Assembly (NCBI GenBank): GCA_013265495.1
Contig: MU059330.1
Span: 13,711,980-13,775,979, forward strand
Reading direction: 5' to 3'
Length of the DNA stretch: 64,000 bases
Source: Vicugna vicugna
Taxonomy: Eukaryota
Positions 24,340-36,060 of the stretch are shown in pieces (position 1 is the stretch's first letter; the number at the start of each line of letters is the position of its first letter). Made by a program: the position numbers and the translations under genes. A model generated the notes under the pieces. It had not been told where the DNA came from, did not search any database, and saw only the letters and a list, made by a program, of their open reading frames with translations.

Positions 24340-24770
24340 TCCATCCTCGTGAAATGTCACAGAGCCAAGACGTGCTGACCGAACGCACTGAGGTGCTGCA
24401 TGCACTGAGGCACTGGGCGCACTGAGGCGCTAGATGCACTGAGGCCCTGGACGCACTAAGGCCCTGGACGCACTAAGGCCCAGGACGCCCTGAGGCGCTG
24501 GACACACTGAGGCCCTGGACGCCCTGAGGCGCTGGATGGGGTCCCAGAACACAAAGGGAGTGTCAGGTTTAAACTAAGGAAATCCGAATAAGGTGCGAAC
24601 TTCAGTTAATAACAATGTGGCAAAATGGTTTCACAAAGTGGAACAGCGCGGCTTTCCAGTAGAAAACGTGAATAGCAGGAGAGACAGGTGCAGGACTGTG
24701 GGGGCTCCCGGAACTATTTTCACAGTTTTCCTGTAGATCTAAACTATTCTAAAAAATGAAGGTTATTTCC
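24340..24770 (+). mobile_element. L1MC-like 3' UTR relic hosting the minisatellite
   Basis: ggatggggtcccagaacacaaaggg...aaactaaggaaatccgaataagg...ttcagttaataacaatg...ttttcctgtagatctaaactattctaaaa. Confidence 0.65.
24385..24537. repeat. 17-bp minisatellite, 9 units, consensus gcactgaggccctggac
   Basis: Nine consecutive 17-mers read directly, from gcactgaggtgctgcat to gccctgaggcgctggat. Confidence 0.95.
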
Positions 24771-26479
24771 AAAGGGCTAACTATGCAGCCACAAGCCGAC
24801 AGGCGTGTGAGGGGCGCAGACCAGCCAGCGTCCCCAGAAGGCCGCTGGGAAGCACTTAGCAGGGCTTTGATTCGCTTGCTGGTTTTCACCTAGACATCCC
24901 CTATGTTAAGTATCTAATCTAGAAAGTGTTTAGACAGCCTGAAAATCATTACAGACAAAGGAGTTGCTGAAACTGGCCAAAGTGTAGTAAAGCATTGCAA
25001 ACAGCAGAAGATCGTGATAGACTCTTGAAGGGAAAGCAACGCTGTGAGCCCAGCGTGAGCTGAAACTGAGCGACAGCAAGTGAACAGCGTCACAAAGCCC
25101 CAGGGAGGCACCTCGACCTGCTAACAGGCATTACCTCCAGGTGGTGACTTTAGGGGCGACTTTAAGCTTCTTAGTTCATTTACTGTTTCAGAACTTTTTA
25201 TTTCAAGGAGCTACTTCCAAAACAAGAACGTAAGATACAGTAAAAGGATTACGATGAAAATGAAAACATGAACGCTTGTTTTTCTATCTCCAAATATTAA
25301 GAAAATAACTATACAAAGAGGCGGATCTTCCACAGCTTTTGAATTCAGACATAAAGTCAGTAAGACGAGCCGTACTTCTACAGAATCTTCTGTTTTAAAA
25401 TGGCTTTTTCTTAGGGCTCCGTGTGTGTCAGTGGCGAAGGGCCAAGGCCTGCCTGCAGAAGACTGCGGTGGGATGGCCTCCCCGAGCAAACTAAAGGCTT
25501 CTGATGTGCCTGATGAGGTGAGCAAGTGATCCGAGTCCCTCGACCCCGCACCCGTAGGTCTGGAGAGCGTCTCTGTCGGTAACTTTGAAAGCACAGTGAA
25601 TTCTGCACCCAGCCCGCGGGGGACGAACGGCGGGAGTGCAGCGCCCGAGGGCGCACGCCGCGGCCGCCGGCCACGTAGCAGAGCTTCTAGGCAGAGACAG
25701 TCCTGGCATCACGGAGGTCACCCTACTTTGAGATAATGCCATGGGATTCCAAGCACACGTCTTGACGTCTTGTTTCCAGGGCAACACTCCTAATAAGTCC
25801 GCGCTCTCCGTGAACTAGCGCGGCGCCTGAGGATCTCTGAACTGTGCCCATTCTATGTCTTGTTCTTTGAAACACATCACATTTCCAGGAAAAGTCTTGT
25901 ATAAAATCGGACTCCCTAGAGAAATACATCAGAAAGTCCTGAGATGACTCAGGACAAACAATAATGCACCAACACTTCCGCTGGCTCCCTGCTGTGGCGG
26001 CAACGTCAGGCAAGAAACACGAGCACGTGTTTTTAATCTTGAATTTTAACCTGGATGGTGGGGTGAGACGCTAGACAAATCTGTCCAAAAAGCAGTGACA
26101 AATCTGGACAGCATTGTCAGAAACGTTACTCTAGGACACTTAGGATCAAACAAACGGCCACCGAAAATAGAGAGGCACGTATTCAAGGAAAAGAAGCCCA
26201 GGTGAGAGCCCCGAGGTGCCGCGTGTTTACCGGGACGTCCCCAACCCCACACCCACCACTCCACAGCGAGGCGGCCCACTTCCTCCCGTGTGGATGGGAC
26301 AGTGGACATGAGCCCCGTGGCTGCCAGAGAGGCTGCCTGAATTTGGAGTGGTGTCTGGTGTTCAACAGAAAGTGATTTCTGTGGGAAAACAAAACACAAC
26401 AAAAACACCAGAAGGCGGACAGTGCAGCAAGTTCTATAAACTCAGTTCCTCACCCTTTCCCAGCCCACAGACAGTTCGT

Positions 26480-28960
26480 TAGCAAAGAACGGGGGCTTTT
26501 CTAGCTCTAGGTGTTTCAGCACAGCCTCTGGGTCTGACCAGTCCCCGTCTGACTGCTAAGCTGTGAGCCCTGCAAAACCAGGCTGAAATATAAAAATAAG
26601 GATTAAAAAAAAACTGAGCAGGGATGTCAGTGGCCACACGCTTCAGGGGGAACAGAATCTGCAGATTAGCCCAGACAGCCCACCAGCCAACAGACAGAAC
26701 CTGCAGCAGCAGCAGCCTCCAGGGAGGGGGTCCGTGACCCTGAGTTGCTACGATGTGTCACCTAGAACAGAAAGTCGTGACAGACGCTTGGAGACGCGAC
26801 GAAACTGGAACATGTGATTCACACACGGGGGGAGAAGTGGCCACTGGAACCCGCGCGGAGAGGACCAGGTGTTGAAACTCACAGGCGAGGACCTTAAAAC
26901 AGCCCTACGGAATGTGGTCAAGAACTGAGGAGCTCGTTTTTCAAGAATTACATGACAACATAGTGGGAATGACTCATCAGCTAGAGAATGTCAGCAAAGA
27001 GACAGGGACCATTTAAAAGAATCCAATGACGGCTCTGGAGTCGAAAAGCCCGGTGACCAAGTGACAAGACCCCTCGACAGCGTTCGGACCGAAAGCAGGT
27101 CAAGACCAGACACTCAATCTGAAGAGCAGAACAGGAGGAGAGCGAGGGAAAGTAGCAGGAGCCTGTGGGGTTTCGCCAAGCAGACTAACATATACTAAAC
27201 GGGACCCTCAGGAAGGGTGGGAAGTGGCAGAAAAACGTCTGAAGAGACAAAAGCAGAAAACTTGCCCAGTCTGGTGGCGACCCCGTGCCCCCACAACGTT
27301 CAACAGACTGTAAGTAAGGTGCGCACGACGCGCGCCGCCCTGGGACACGGCACCGCCATGCTGCTGGAAACCAGGGGAAAAGACAGAACCCTAGAAGGTG
27401 CAGGAGGGAACGCCGCGGCAAGTGCAAGACAGCCGCGAAGGGACGGGCACCTGGCTTCCCACGAGGAGGGCGGCACGCGGGAGGCGCCGAGAGGGCAAGA
27501 TAGCCACACGCTCCACGGTCAGCAAAAATACTCTTCAAAGAGTCAAAAGGAAAAAAATTTTTCCCAGGTAAAGAAACACTGAGAGAATTTGCTGCCAGCA
27601 AACCTGTCTTAGAAGAAATTCTAAAGGATTGTTCAGACTGTAAGGAAACGACACCAGAGGGGAACTTGAATGCACATGAAGGAATAAAGCAGACCATTAA
27701 AGCGCTCATGTAAGCAGATCTAAGGACAGTACAAATATAATTTTCTAATGTTCCCTGAGGTTATTTGAAATATAATAACTTGAGACAATAATTAGAAAGC
27801 CACACCGTTGGGATTATAGACTGTGCAGAAATGAAGTATCGGATGATAACAGCACAATGGAGGAAGGGGATGAAGCTACTTGGGGTAAAAAGTGTCTATG
27901 TTTTGCCAAAATTAAGTTAGTATTAGCATGAAGCGCTCTGTGACGAGTAAAGGCCTATACTGCAGTCCCCAGAGCAGTGTTTCTCTAGGAAAATAGCATT
28001 AAAAAGGAGTGAAGATGGAACATTAGAAAACGGCTTTTTAATACACAAAGAAGTCATTAAGAAAGAACAGGGGACCAAAAAGGACATGGATATGAAGAAA
28101 ACAAACAGCAGGACGGCAGAAATAAGTCCAGCTATATTAATAAATCCAATAAGTGCAAATGAGTTAAACATTCCAATCATAAACCAGAGATTGTTTTACG
28201 GGATTCAAGACAAAATAAGAACAAGAAAAACAAGATCCAAAGTTATGCCCTGCATAAAACACCCACCTTAGATTCAGACCATCATCTCTCATGAGAACAG
28301 AGGTTCTCAACAAAGCGTCAGCGGACCGAAGTCAGCGGCGTGAAAGGAAGTGTCGCTCACCACGAGCAAGGAGAATTGACCCAGGAACCCAAAGTGGCTT
28401 TATAACCAAGATGAACGAGTTCACTCAAGTCCATTGCTAGCATAAAGTGGGGGGATATATGATCATCTCAATAGCTGCAGGAAGCGGATTTCAGAAACCC
28501 AGCAACCATTCGTAACTAAAAGTGCTCAATACTGGAAACAGATGGAAACATCTTAATAAAGGACGGCCACAGAAATCTTAACACTCACTAACTTAAAGAG
28601 ACTGGAAGCTTTTCTCCCTAAAACCAGAAACAAAGCAAGGGTGTCCCTTCTCCTGATTTCTGTTCAGTGCTGGACCGGAGAGTCCAGCCAGTGCAATCAG
28701 GCAAGAAAAAGGAAAGAAGCCGTCCCTCTGGGGAAGGAAAAAGAAGCCGCTGCCTTTGTGGCAAGACGCCGTGTGCGGGAAACTCCAGGGAGTTCACAAA
28801 AACCTCTGCCGGTCCAAGTAAGGGAGACGGCGCGGGAGGAGGCCACCCGCTCCACGTGGGAGACAGGTGCTTCGGCGTGCTTGCCCTGAACCCACCAAAA
28901 ATAAAGAAACAATTCCTTTCATGATTGCGTCACAGAACTGAAATAATCAGAAACACACGC
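26480..28960 (+). mobile_element. Decayed L1 (5' region, ORF1, endonuclease start, RT fragment) with internal deletions
   Basis: ORF1 end (gagagaatttgctgccagcaaacctgtcttagaagaaattctaaagg); ISANELNIPIINQRL resembling L1 EN LNVNGLNxPIKRQRL; RT-like aaaccagaaacaaagcaagggtgtcccttctcc...ccagtgcaatcaggcaagaaaaagg. Confidence 0.8.
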
Positions 28961-30530
28961 GGCTCAGCAGAGGCAAACCTTCCGTGGTGTCCTCTCCGTG
29001 CTCCCGTCTTTTTCCTCTCCCTCTGTGGACGGGTGGGATTTTTCCGTGCATCTTTTCCTCTGTTTTTATTGTTCAGCCTGATTTTCCCCGCAAAGAGTTT
29101 CAAGCCCAGTGGTTGGCTTTTCACCCCTTGTCTGGTCTCCAGGTCCTGTCTGTCTGGGCAGCTGCTTCCGGTTCGTGGGGCGTCAGGGCTCCATCCTTGC
29201 AGACCGACCACCTGCAGGGAGCTCCTGCCGGGTGGGAGGCCCCTCCCCTGGGATGCAGCCCCACTTCCATAGCCCTGGAGGATCTCTGTGGGCCCGTCCT
29301 CACAGAACAAGGCACGTGCTGGCCTGGTGCTGGCCGCCCCGGACCGCAGTGGGGCCCAGCTCGCTGGAGGGGTGAGCCGCGTGGCACCAGCCCAGAGACC
29401 CGCAGCCACTCCCCTGCCTCCCCAGAGAAGCCCTCCCACCCTGCCGGGTGCCCCCAGAGCCGAGACCGAGAAGGCTCACAGCTGTCACTCCAGCTTCCCT
29501 CCAGCTCCTGGGGCGACGCAGGGCAGGGGCTTGAACCCTCTCAGCCCCGTGTCCTGACCCGCGGGGGGACAGCACGGCTGAAGGGGCAGACAGTAGCCAA
29601 GCCTGCCGAGGGACCCGGGCCAGAAGGGGGCGTGGAGGCGCATCACACGTCTCAGCGCCCGAGGCCCTGCTCCCGGCAGGAGCGAGGAGCCCTGGAACAG
29701 AGGAAGGGGAGCCACCCCCCGGGTCCCCGCGAGCGCGAGGTGAACAGCCCGCGGGCCCTCGGGCAGGGCGGGCCTCAGCTTCGTTCTGAGGAGAGCGTCA
29801 GGTCGGTTCACGACGACGCTTGGAAAGTTCTCGTTTGTGTGTTTGTTTCGGTTTAGGGTTTTGGGGGGTTTTTGGTCTCACTGTGAAAACAGCTTCACTG
29901 CTGTTCTGGTTTGTATAATTTGCACACGCTCTTTGGAATAACTTGAACAATGCGTAGGAGTGGAAGAGAGAGCTGAAACAGTCCCACCATCCTGAGACGA
30001 CCCCTTTAACCATTTGTTGACAGTGTTTGCAAATATTTAAATGTTGTATAAATACCAAAAAATGCCAGAGCCGCCGTGCCCAGCGCTAAAGCGGGGGCCA
30101 CAGGGCCGCCCTCCAGGGAGCCGTGCACCCCCGCCCAGGATTCCCAGACCACCCCCACCCCCAGAGTAACTGACACCCCAGAGTGAGTTAAGGTGTGAAC
30201 TGGAGAAGAGTCACAACTCAGACGTCGTGAAATGTTTATTATTCGGATGAGGGAGGAACACTCCCTAACCAGGCACCTTACTGATCTCTGCCCACCGTGT
30301 TAAATACTTGAATATTTTTCACACGGTCAAATGGCCTTCAGGAAAAACCACGAAGCCTTTTTTGTATTTGCCAGTCAGCTTAGCATAATTTTATACGTTG
30401 GGTTACATCCGTAACAATCTTGTCAGTATTCGGAAGTTAAGTTAACCAATGCTCAAAGAAAACAAAAACAAAACAAAACAATGAAACCTCAAGTTCACCA
30501 AATTTAATCCCCCTCAATGTTCTGTTCATT

Positions 30531-31665
30531 GAGAACGGACACATTTAAAAGAGGAGAAATGGTTTTGCACGCCAGGAAAGGACTATTAAGAGCTGAGCTG
30601 CCATTTTCACACTAAAACGCATTACACTTCATGATGCAGCGTGGATTCGGTGAGAGCTGAGATCATGGCCAACTTGCGCCAACTTGCGTCCAGCAGTTAG
30701 AGACTGACCTGCATGCCGACTGGTGCCAGGAAGGAAGGAGGGGGAGAAGGACCAGGAAGCCCACGGCCCAGCTCCAGAATGCCCCCCCCCACGAAGGTGG
30801 CTGGCCAGGCGCTGCGGGCGCCGCGGTCGTCAGGGGAGCCTTGCTGCACCTCCCATTAAGAGACTGTTCGTTTTCCAGGGACATGTTAACACCACCACCA
30901 CCACAGCCCCTGGTCCGGGCCTGGGCTTTCAGAGGTTATTTTCGTCACCCTGATAAGGCCCGGAAGAGGCAGCCTGGCTATAAAAAGCCATCCTCGGCCT
31001 GCTGGCTGGGAGGAGCCACGCCGCCCAGCGGGGCCGGGCTCTCCTCCCGCCTGGGCACAGAGGCAGACACGCCACAAGCCGCAGCCGACCTGACGCAAGA
31101 GAACGGACACATTTAAAAGAGGAGAAATGGTTTTGCACGCCAGGAAAGGACTATTAAGAGCTGAGCTGCCATTTTCACACTAAAATGCATTACACTTCAT
31201 GATGCAGCATGGATTTGGTGAGAGCTGAGATCATGGCCAACTTGCGCCAACTTGCATCCAGCAGTTAGAGACTGACCTGCATGCCGACCGGTGCCAGGAA
31301 GGAAGGAGGGGGAGAAGGACCAGGAAGCCCACTGCCCAGCTCCAGAATGCCCCCCCGCCGCGAACGTGGCTGGCCAGGCGCTGCGGGCGCTGCGGTCGTC
31401 AGGGGAGCCTTGCTGCACCTCCCATTAAGAGACTGTTCATTTTCCAGGGACATGTTAACACCACCACCACCACAGCCCCTGGTCCGGGCCTGGGCTTTCA
31501 GAGGTTATTTTCGTCACCCTGATAAGGCCCGGAAGAGGCAGCCTGGCTATAAAAAGCCGTCCTCGGCCTGCTGGCTGGGAGGAGCCACGCCGCCCAGCGG
31601 GCCGGGCTCTCCTCCCGCCTGGGCACAGAGGCAGACACGCCACAAGCCGCAGCCGACCTGACGCA
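30531..31665. repeat. Head-to-tail duplication, 2 x 567 bp (30531-31097 and 31099-31665)
   Basis: Direct comparison: about 11 substitutions and two 1-bp indels; a single extra A at 31098. Confidence 0.95.
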
Positions 31666-34112
31666 GGTCTGGACAGAGAACCCCACAGTTCTCCTCGAAT
31701 TTAAATTCCCAGCAGAAAATGAACAAAACCAACCTGAGAGTCAAAAGGGACTGGAAAACAGAATCAGAAGCCCCTCCCTCCTTAAGACCCCTTTGCACAC
31801 GATTCTCCGCACTTGGCCTCAGGCCCCCCAGCTGGTACCCCTGGCTCTCGCTCACTCTCCTTCCAGCGTCCTTCGTCTTTCATCCAGTCCGGACTCCAGC
31901 ATCAGGAGCTCTCAGCACAGACCCAGCCCGCGGGGCGGCTGTACCGCCGGTCTCCTACGGCCACAGTGGCGGGTCCGTGGGTGTCCGCTCCGGGGCGCCC
32001 CGAGAGGGACATGCAGGAACTCAAGGTTTAACTTAGAGCTGTTTCCTAAAACACTTATTTTTTATGAAAAGGTATTGGAAGTGCTTCAGGGTTGAGCTAA
32101 TTCCAAGATGCTGTGTTGGAAATACACATCCTTTATGACGACAAGGTTGACGTCTCTTCTGTTAACACCTTTCCTGAAGTTTCAGGAGTCAGTGGTGCTG
32201 GCTGTCTTTGGTAAAGATCATTTTTTGAAAGTAGAAAATTACACTTCAAAAGGTGTTGTATTTGCTTCCTCTGAGGTGGGCGATCGCAACCAAAAGTAGT
32301 GTATGTATCTTCAGGTTGCAGCATAATTATGTGGGAGAAAAAGAAAGTCAAGATTACGAGCCCCAGACCACGCAGCTGCAGCCGGCAGGCCAGCCGCGCT
32401 GTGCGTCTGTGCGCTTGCAGGAGGCCTCATGGAGATCGCCGGTGCAATCTATTTTTATTTTTTACAGGTATTTAAGCAGTTTCTCTGCACAGTGGCCTTA
32501 AAATAGCCACTTCACCGTTTTGTTTTTCAGCATTCACGAAGTGGCTAACGCCGCCCTGCGTAAGCCTTCCCACTTTAGGAAACGAGATCATTGTATACAG
32601 TAAGACCCCTCAGGCGCTGCACATCCCGAGATCGCAGTGCTCGGCGGTCTCCCCCACAAACGTCTGGAAAGAGCAGATCGCTGCGTGAAGTGTTAACACC
32701 ACCGCCGCCGTCAGCTACGGCCTGTGAGACGCTGAACTTCCGTCGCCTTATTAGAAGTAAGAGCCCAGGTTTCTCAGTCCAGGGAAGTTTTGTGTGGAGT
32801 CTGCGAGCCCCAGGGTGTTTCGGTCCCTCCCGGTAAGTGGGTGGCGGCCCGGACAGGGACAGAGGCGCTGCAGGCTCCCCTGTAAATGGGGGCCGCGGGC
32901 TGGCTGGCTGCTTTTTCTTTGCACTCACAGGTCTGGAAGCGCTTCAGGGCTACGTTCTCGGTTTGCTTTAGAAATGCACACAAGTTGCGTCTCATCAGCT
33001 AGGAATGTTTCTGTTCCTTGGCCAATTTCGGCACCTCTGCCTTTAAGTGTGGCTCCCCCGCCCTCGAGGGGTCCAGGTGGGCCTGAGGACTTGCAGGTGG
33101 GGGCTGAGGGTGCTGAAGGCATGAGATAAGGGTGCTGGCCCACGAGTCAGTGTGCGAGCCGGGAGCCAGCAGCCTGTGGGAAGTGGCGGACCAGGCAAGT
33201 CTGCTTTCTTTCCAAAAAAGGAAAGGTCTGCTAGAGGTGGGAGAGCAGGGGGCCTTGGGGTGCACAGAGGCATGAGGCGTGAACTGCGCGGTGCACTGGG
33301 CAGCCCCGCGGCCCTGCCGGCCCTGGGGAGGGTACCCGGGAGAGCAGCCGGCCAGCAGGAGCAGCAGAGCCCGCCCCGCCCCGCCCCACTGCCGGCCGCA
33401 GCCAGAGCCGCAGGACGCAGGACGGTGCGGCCTCTCGTCCTGGCACGTCTGATGCGGGGGCACAGCTGGCCGGGTTCCAGGGCCCTCCCCCGGGGCCAGC
33501 GGCAAGCTGAGGGCCTGCACAGCCCTCTGAGTTACTAGAGACAGAGCCCCAGCCCAGCCCCTTGGGCCTGGAAGCTCGGGTCGGGCTCTTCTCCGACAGC
33601 CCATGGCGGGTGGGGGTCTGGCACTCGCCCCCCACTTTCTGGCTGCATCTGTTGGTCTGCCACCTCCCTCCTTCAGCTCAGTCGTCCCCTCTTTTCTCTG
33701 CCTGTCAGTCTCCTTCTGTCCCAGGGCCAACACACTCTCTCCAGGTAGCAGAGAAGTGGCTGCTTTTGTATGGATCTTTATCGTCTCACCAAGTCACCCA
33801 GAAAGGCTGTAAGTAAGCGAAATTAAAACGTGGTTGCCTGGCTTCACTGAATGAGAACCCGGCGACCCAGGCCGGGCCCCGTCCCTTCCGTCCACCCACC
33901 GGGTTCCTGAGGACAAACGTGATGGCAGGTGGTACAGGCGTCCTGGAGCCAAGAGGTGAGATTCTCGAAGGCAGGAGGGTAGCTTTGCGGGGCGCTGGCA
34001 CGGGATTCCGGGCAGGAAGTTATTACGCAGAGGCACGTCCCCACCGCAGGCGCTGACACCAGCAGGACTGGGTGCACCTGCACATTTTTCTCATCACCTT
34101 CGCATCTTTCTT

Positions 34113-34835
34113 TTTTTAATTGAAGTCTAGTCAGTTTACAATGTGTCAGTCTCTGGTGTCCAGCATCCTGTCTCAGTCATTCATGTATATACATACATAG
34201 ATTTGCTTTCATATTCTTTTTCATTAAGGTTATGCCAAGATGTCGAATATAGTTCCCTGTGTTACACAGAAGAAATTTGTTTTAATCTATTTTTACACAT
34301 AACGGTTAACATTTGCAAATCGCAAACTCCCAAATTCATCCCTTCCCACCACCTTCCCCCGGTAACCATGGTTGTTTACTACGTCTGCGCGTCTGTTTCT
34401 CTTTTGTAGGTGAGTTCATTGCTGTCTTTCTTCCTTTCTTTGTTTCTTTCTTAGATTCCACATGAGTGATACCATATGGCATGTTTTCTCCCTCTCTCTG
34501 GCTCACTTCACTGAGAACAACAATTTCCAGATCCATCCGTGTTGCTGCAAATGGCTTTATTTTATATTTTTCACAGCTGAGTAGTGCTCCATTGTATAAA
34601 TACACCACAGCTTTACCCAGTCACCTGTCGATGGACATTTATGTTGCTTGTATGTCTCGGCTGCTGTAAATAGTGCTGCTGTGAAAACAGTGCTGGCGGG
34701 AACGCAGTTTGGTGCAGCCATTATGGAAAACAGAATGGAGATTCCTCAAAAAACTAAAATTAGACTTACCATGGGATCCAGCTGTCCCACTCCTGGGCAT
34801 ATATCCAGAGGGAGCTCTAATTCAAAAAGATGCAA
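34113..34835 (-). mobile_element. Younger camelid-type L1 3' end with 5' inversion (twin priming)
   Basis: Poly-T and antisense L1 to ~34685, then sense L1 (gctggcgggaacgcagtttggtgcagcc...tcaaaaagatgc); degenerate 11-bp TSD gcatctttctt (34102-34112) / gcatgttactt (34836-34846) followed by aaaa. Confidence 0.8.
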
Positions 34836-35023
34836 GCATGTTACTTAAAATGTCTCAACTACAGCTCAGCCGCCTGTGTGAAGGGGTCGCTGTCTTTATA
34901 CAAATACTTTCAGTTGCTTGGATGACAGTTTGTTGTCTTCACTGATGCTGACAACACCAGCGCATTTGGATGACGTGAGATCAGGGCCAAAGGGCAGACA
35001 CTGAGTAAGTTCTTACTGCTCAC

Positions 35024-35042
35024 CTGCTTCAAACAGCTAGGA
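35024..35042 (-). other. Candidate 19-nt micro-exon
   Basis: ttctttttccaattttcttttaag|TCCTAGCTGTTTGAAGCAG|gtgagc. Confidence 0.2.
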
Positions 35043-35654
35043 CTTAAAAGAAAATTGGAAAAAGAATCTAAACTCTCCCAAAGAGGCCTCTAAAGGGGCC
35101 TGTCCTGTGGAGCGGCCCACAGTGCAGAGGGGGCGGGGGGCACGGACGGGCGTTTGGGGCGAGCACCCCCGGGTCAGCCTGGCTGACAGGCGGGGCCGGC
35201 GCCGAGGCGAGCAGACGGAGGGTCACGGAGACAGGAGCCCGGCGGGCGGCACGCTCAGCTCCCTGACGCCGGACGCGAGCTGCAGGCAAAGGTGCTGGGG
35301 ATTCTGCCTCAAAGCAGAGCAGAGCACTTCTGAGTCCAGAGAGGTGGAGGGTCTGCACGCGGGAGACAGAACGGCCGAGCGCTCTCTGAAGCCGCAGGAC
35401 ACAGACCCGGCGGCCCGCAGGCCGTGTCCCAGGCTCCCGAGGGCATACGCTGAAATTCCAAGTAAGCGTTTACCTTTAAAGCAGGTAAAGAGTAATTTTT
35501 AAACATATGGCTGCTGTCCGCGGTGGTCACTGGGCCCAGCAGGGCTCCTGAGGGGGCGGAAGTCGCGGGCGACGTGGGTGAGGGACAGTCTTAGCTGGGG
35601 CTGCACTTGGTGTCAGTCCCTCACGTGAGGAAGTTTTTTGAGGACCTCTGCTTG

Positions 35655-36060
35655 GATGCGGGTGAAACAGAAACAGACTCACAGACAGAAAGCAAACCAG
35701 AGGTTACCGGGGGGGGGGGCACAAGTTAAATTAGGGGAGTGGGATTAACATACACATACGGTGTACACGGAATCGACAAGCAACAAGAATGGACTCGGAG
35801 GCGGAGGCATAGCTCAGAGCGAGAGCGTGTGCCAAGCATGCACGAGGTCCTGGGTTCAGTCCCCAGTACCGCCATTAAAAAGATAATCAAATATCCCCTC
35901 CTACAAAAAAAAAAAGCTTAAAAAAAGAACACACTGTGCCACACAGGGAATTATACCCACTGTCCTGTGATAACGTGCAATGGAGTGTAATCGCCAAAAA
36001 CACTGAGCCACTGTGCTGTGCACCTGGAACTAACCCCACATTACAGATACTTCAACAATA
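35655..36060 (+). mobile_element. L1 3' UTR fragment interrupted by a SINE
   Basis: aaacagaaacagactcacagacagaaagcaaaccagaggttacc...aagcaacaag [SINE] ...acagggaattatacccac...actgagccactgtgctgtgcacctggaactaac. Confidence 0.7.
35797..35927 (+). mobile_element. tRNA-derived SINE (camelid vic-1-type)
   Basis: A-box-like gcatagctcagagcgagagc, body gcatgcacgaggtcctgggttcagtccccagtacc with B-box, A-rich tail. Confidence 0.8.

Noticed and set aside
24385-24537. CRISPR-like periodicity
   Set aside because: Contiguous 17-bp units with no unique spacers, no cas genes, mammalian context
28984-29856. Longest ORF in the track (290 aa)
   Set aside because: GTG start, overlaps the end of an L1 relic, low-complexity composition, overlapping ORFs in several frames, no recognisable domain
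35797-35875. tRNA-like sequence
   Set aside because: No intact cloverleaf, followed by an A-rich tail and inserted within an L1; it is a SINE
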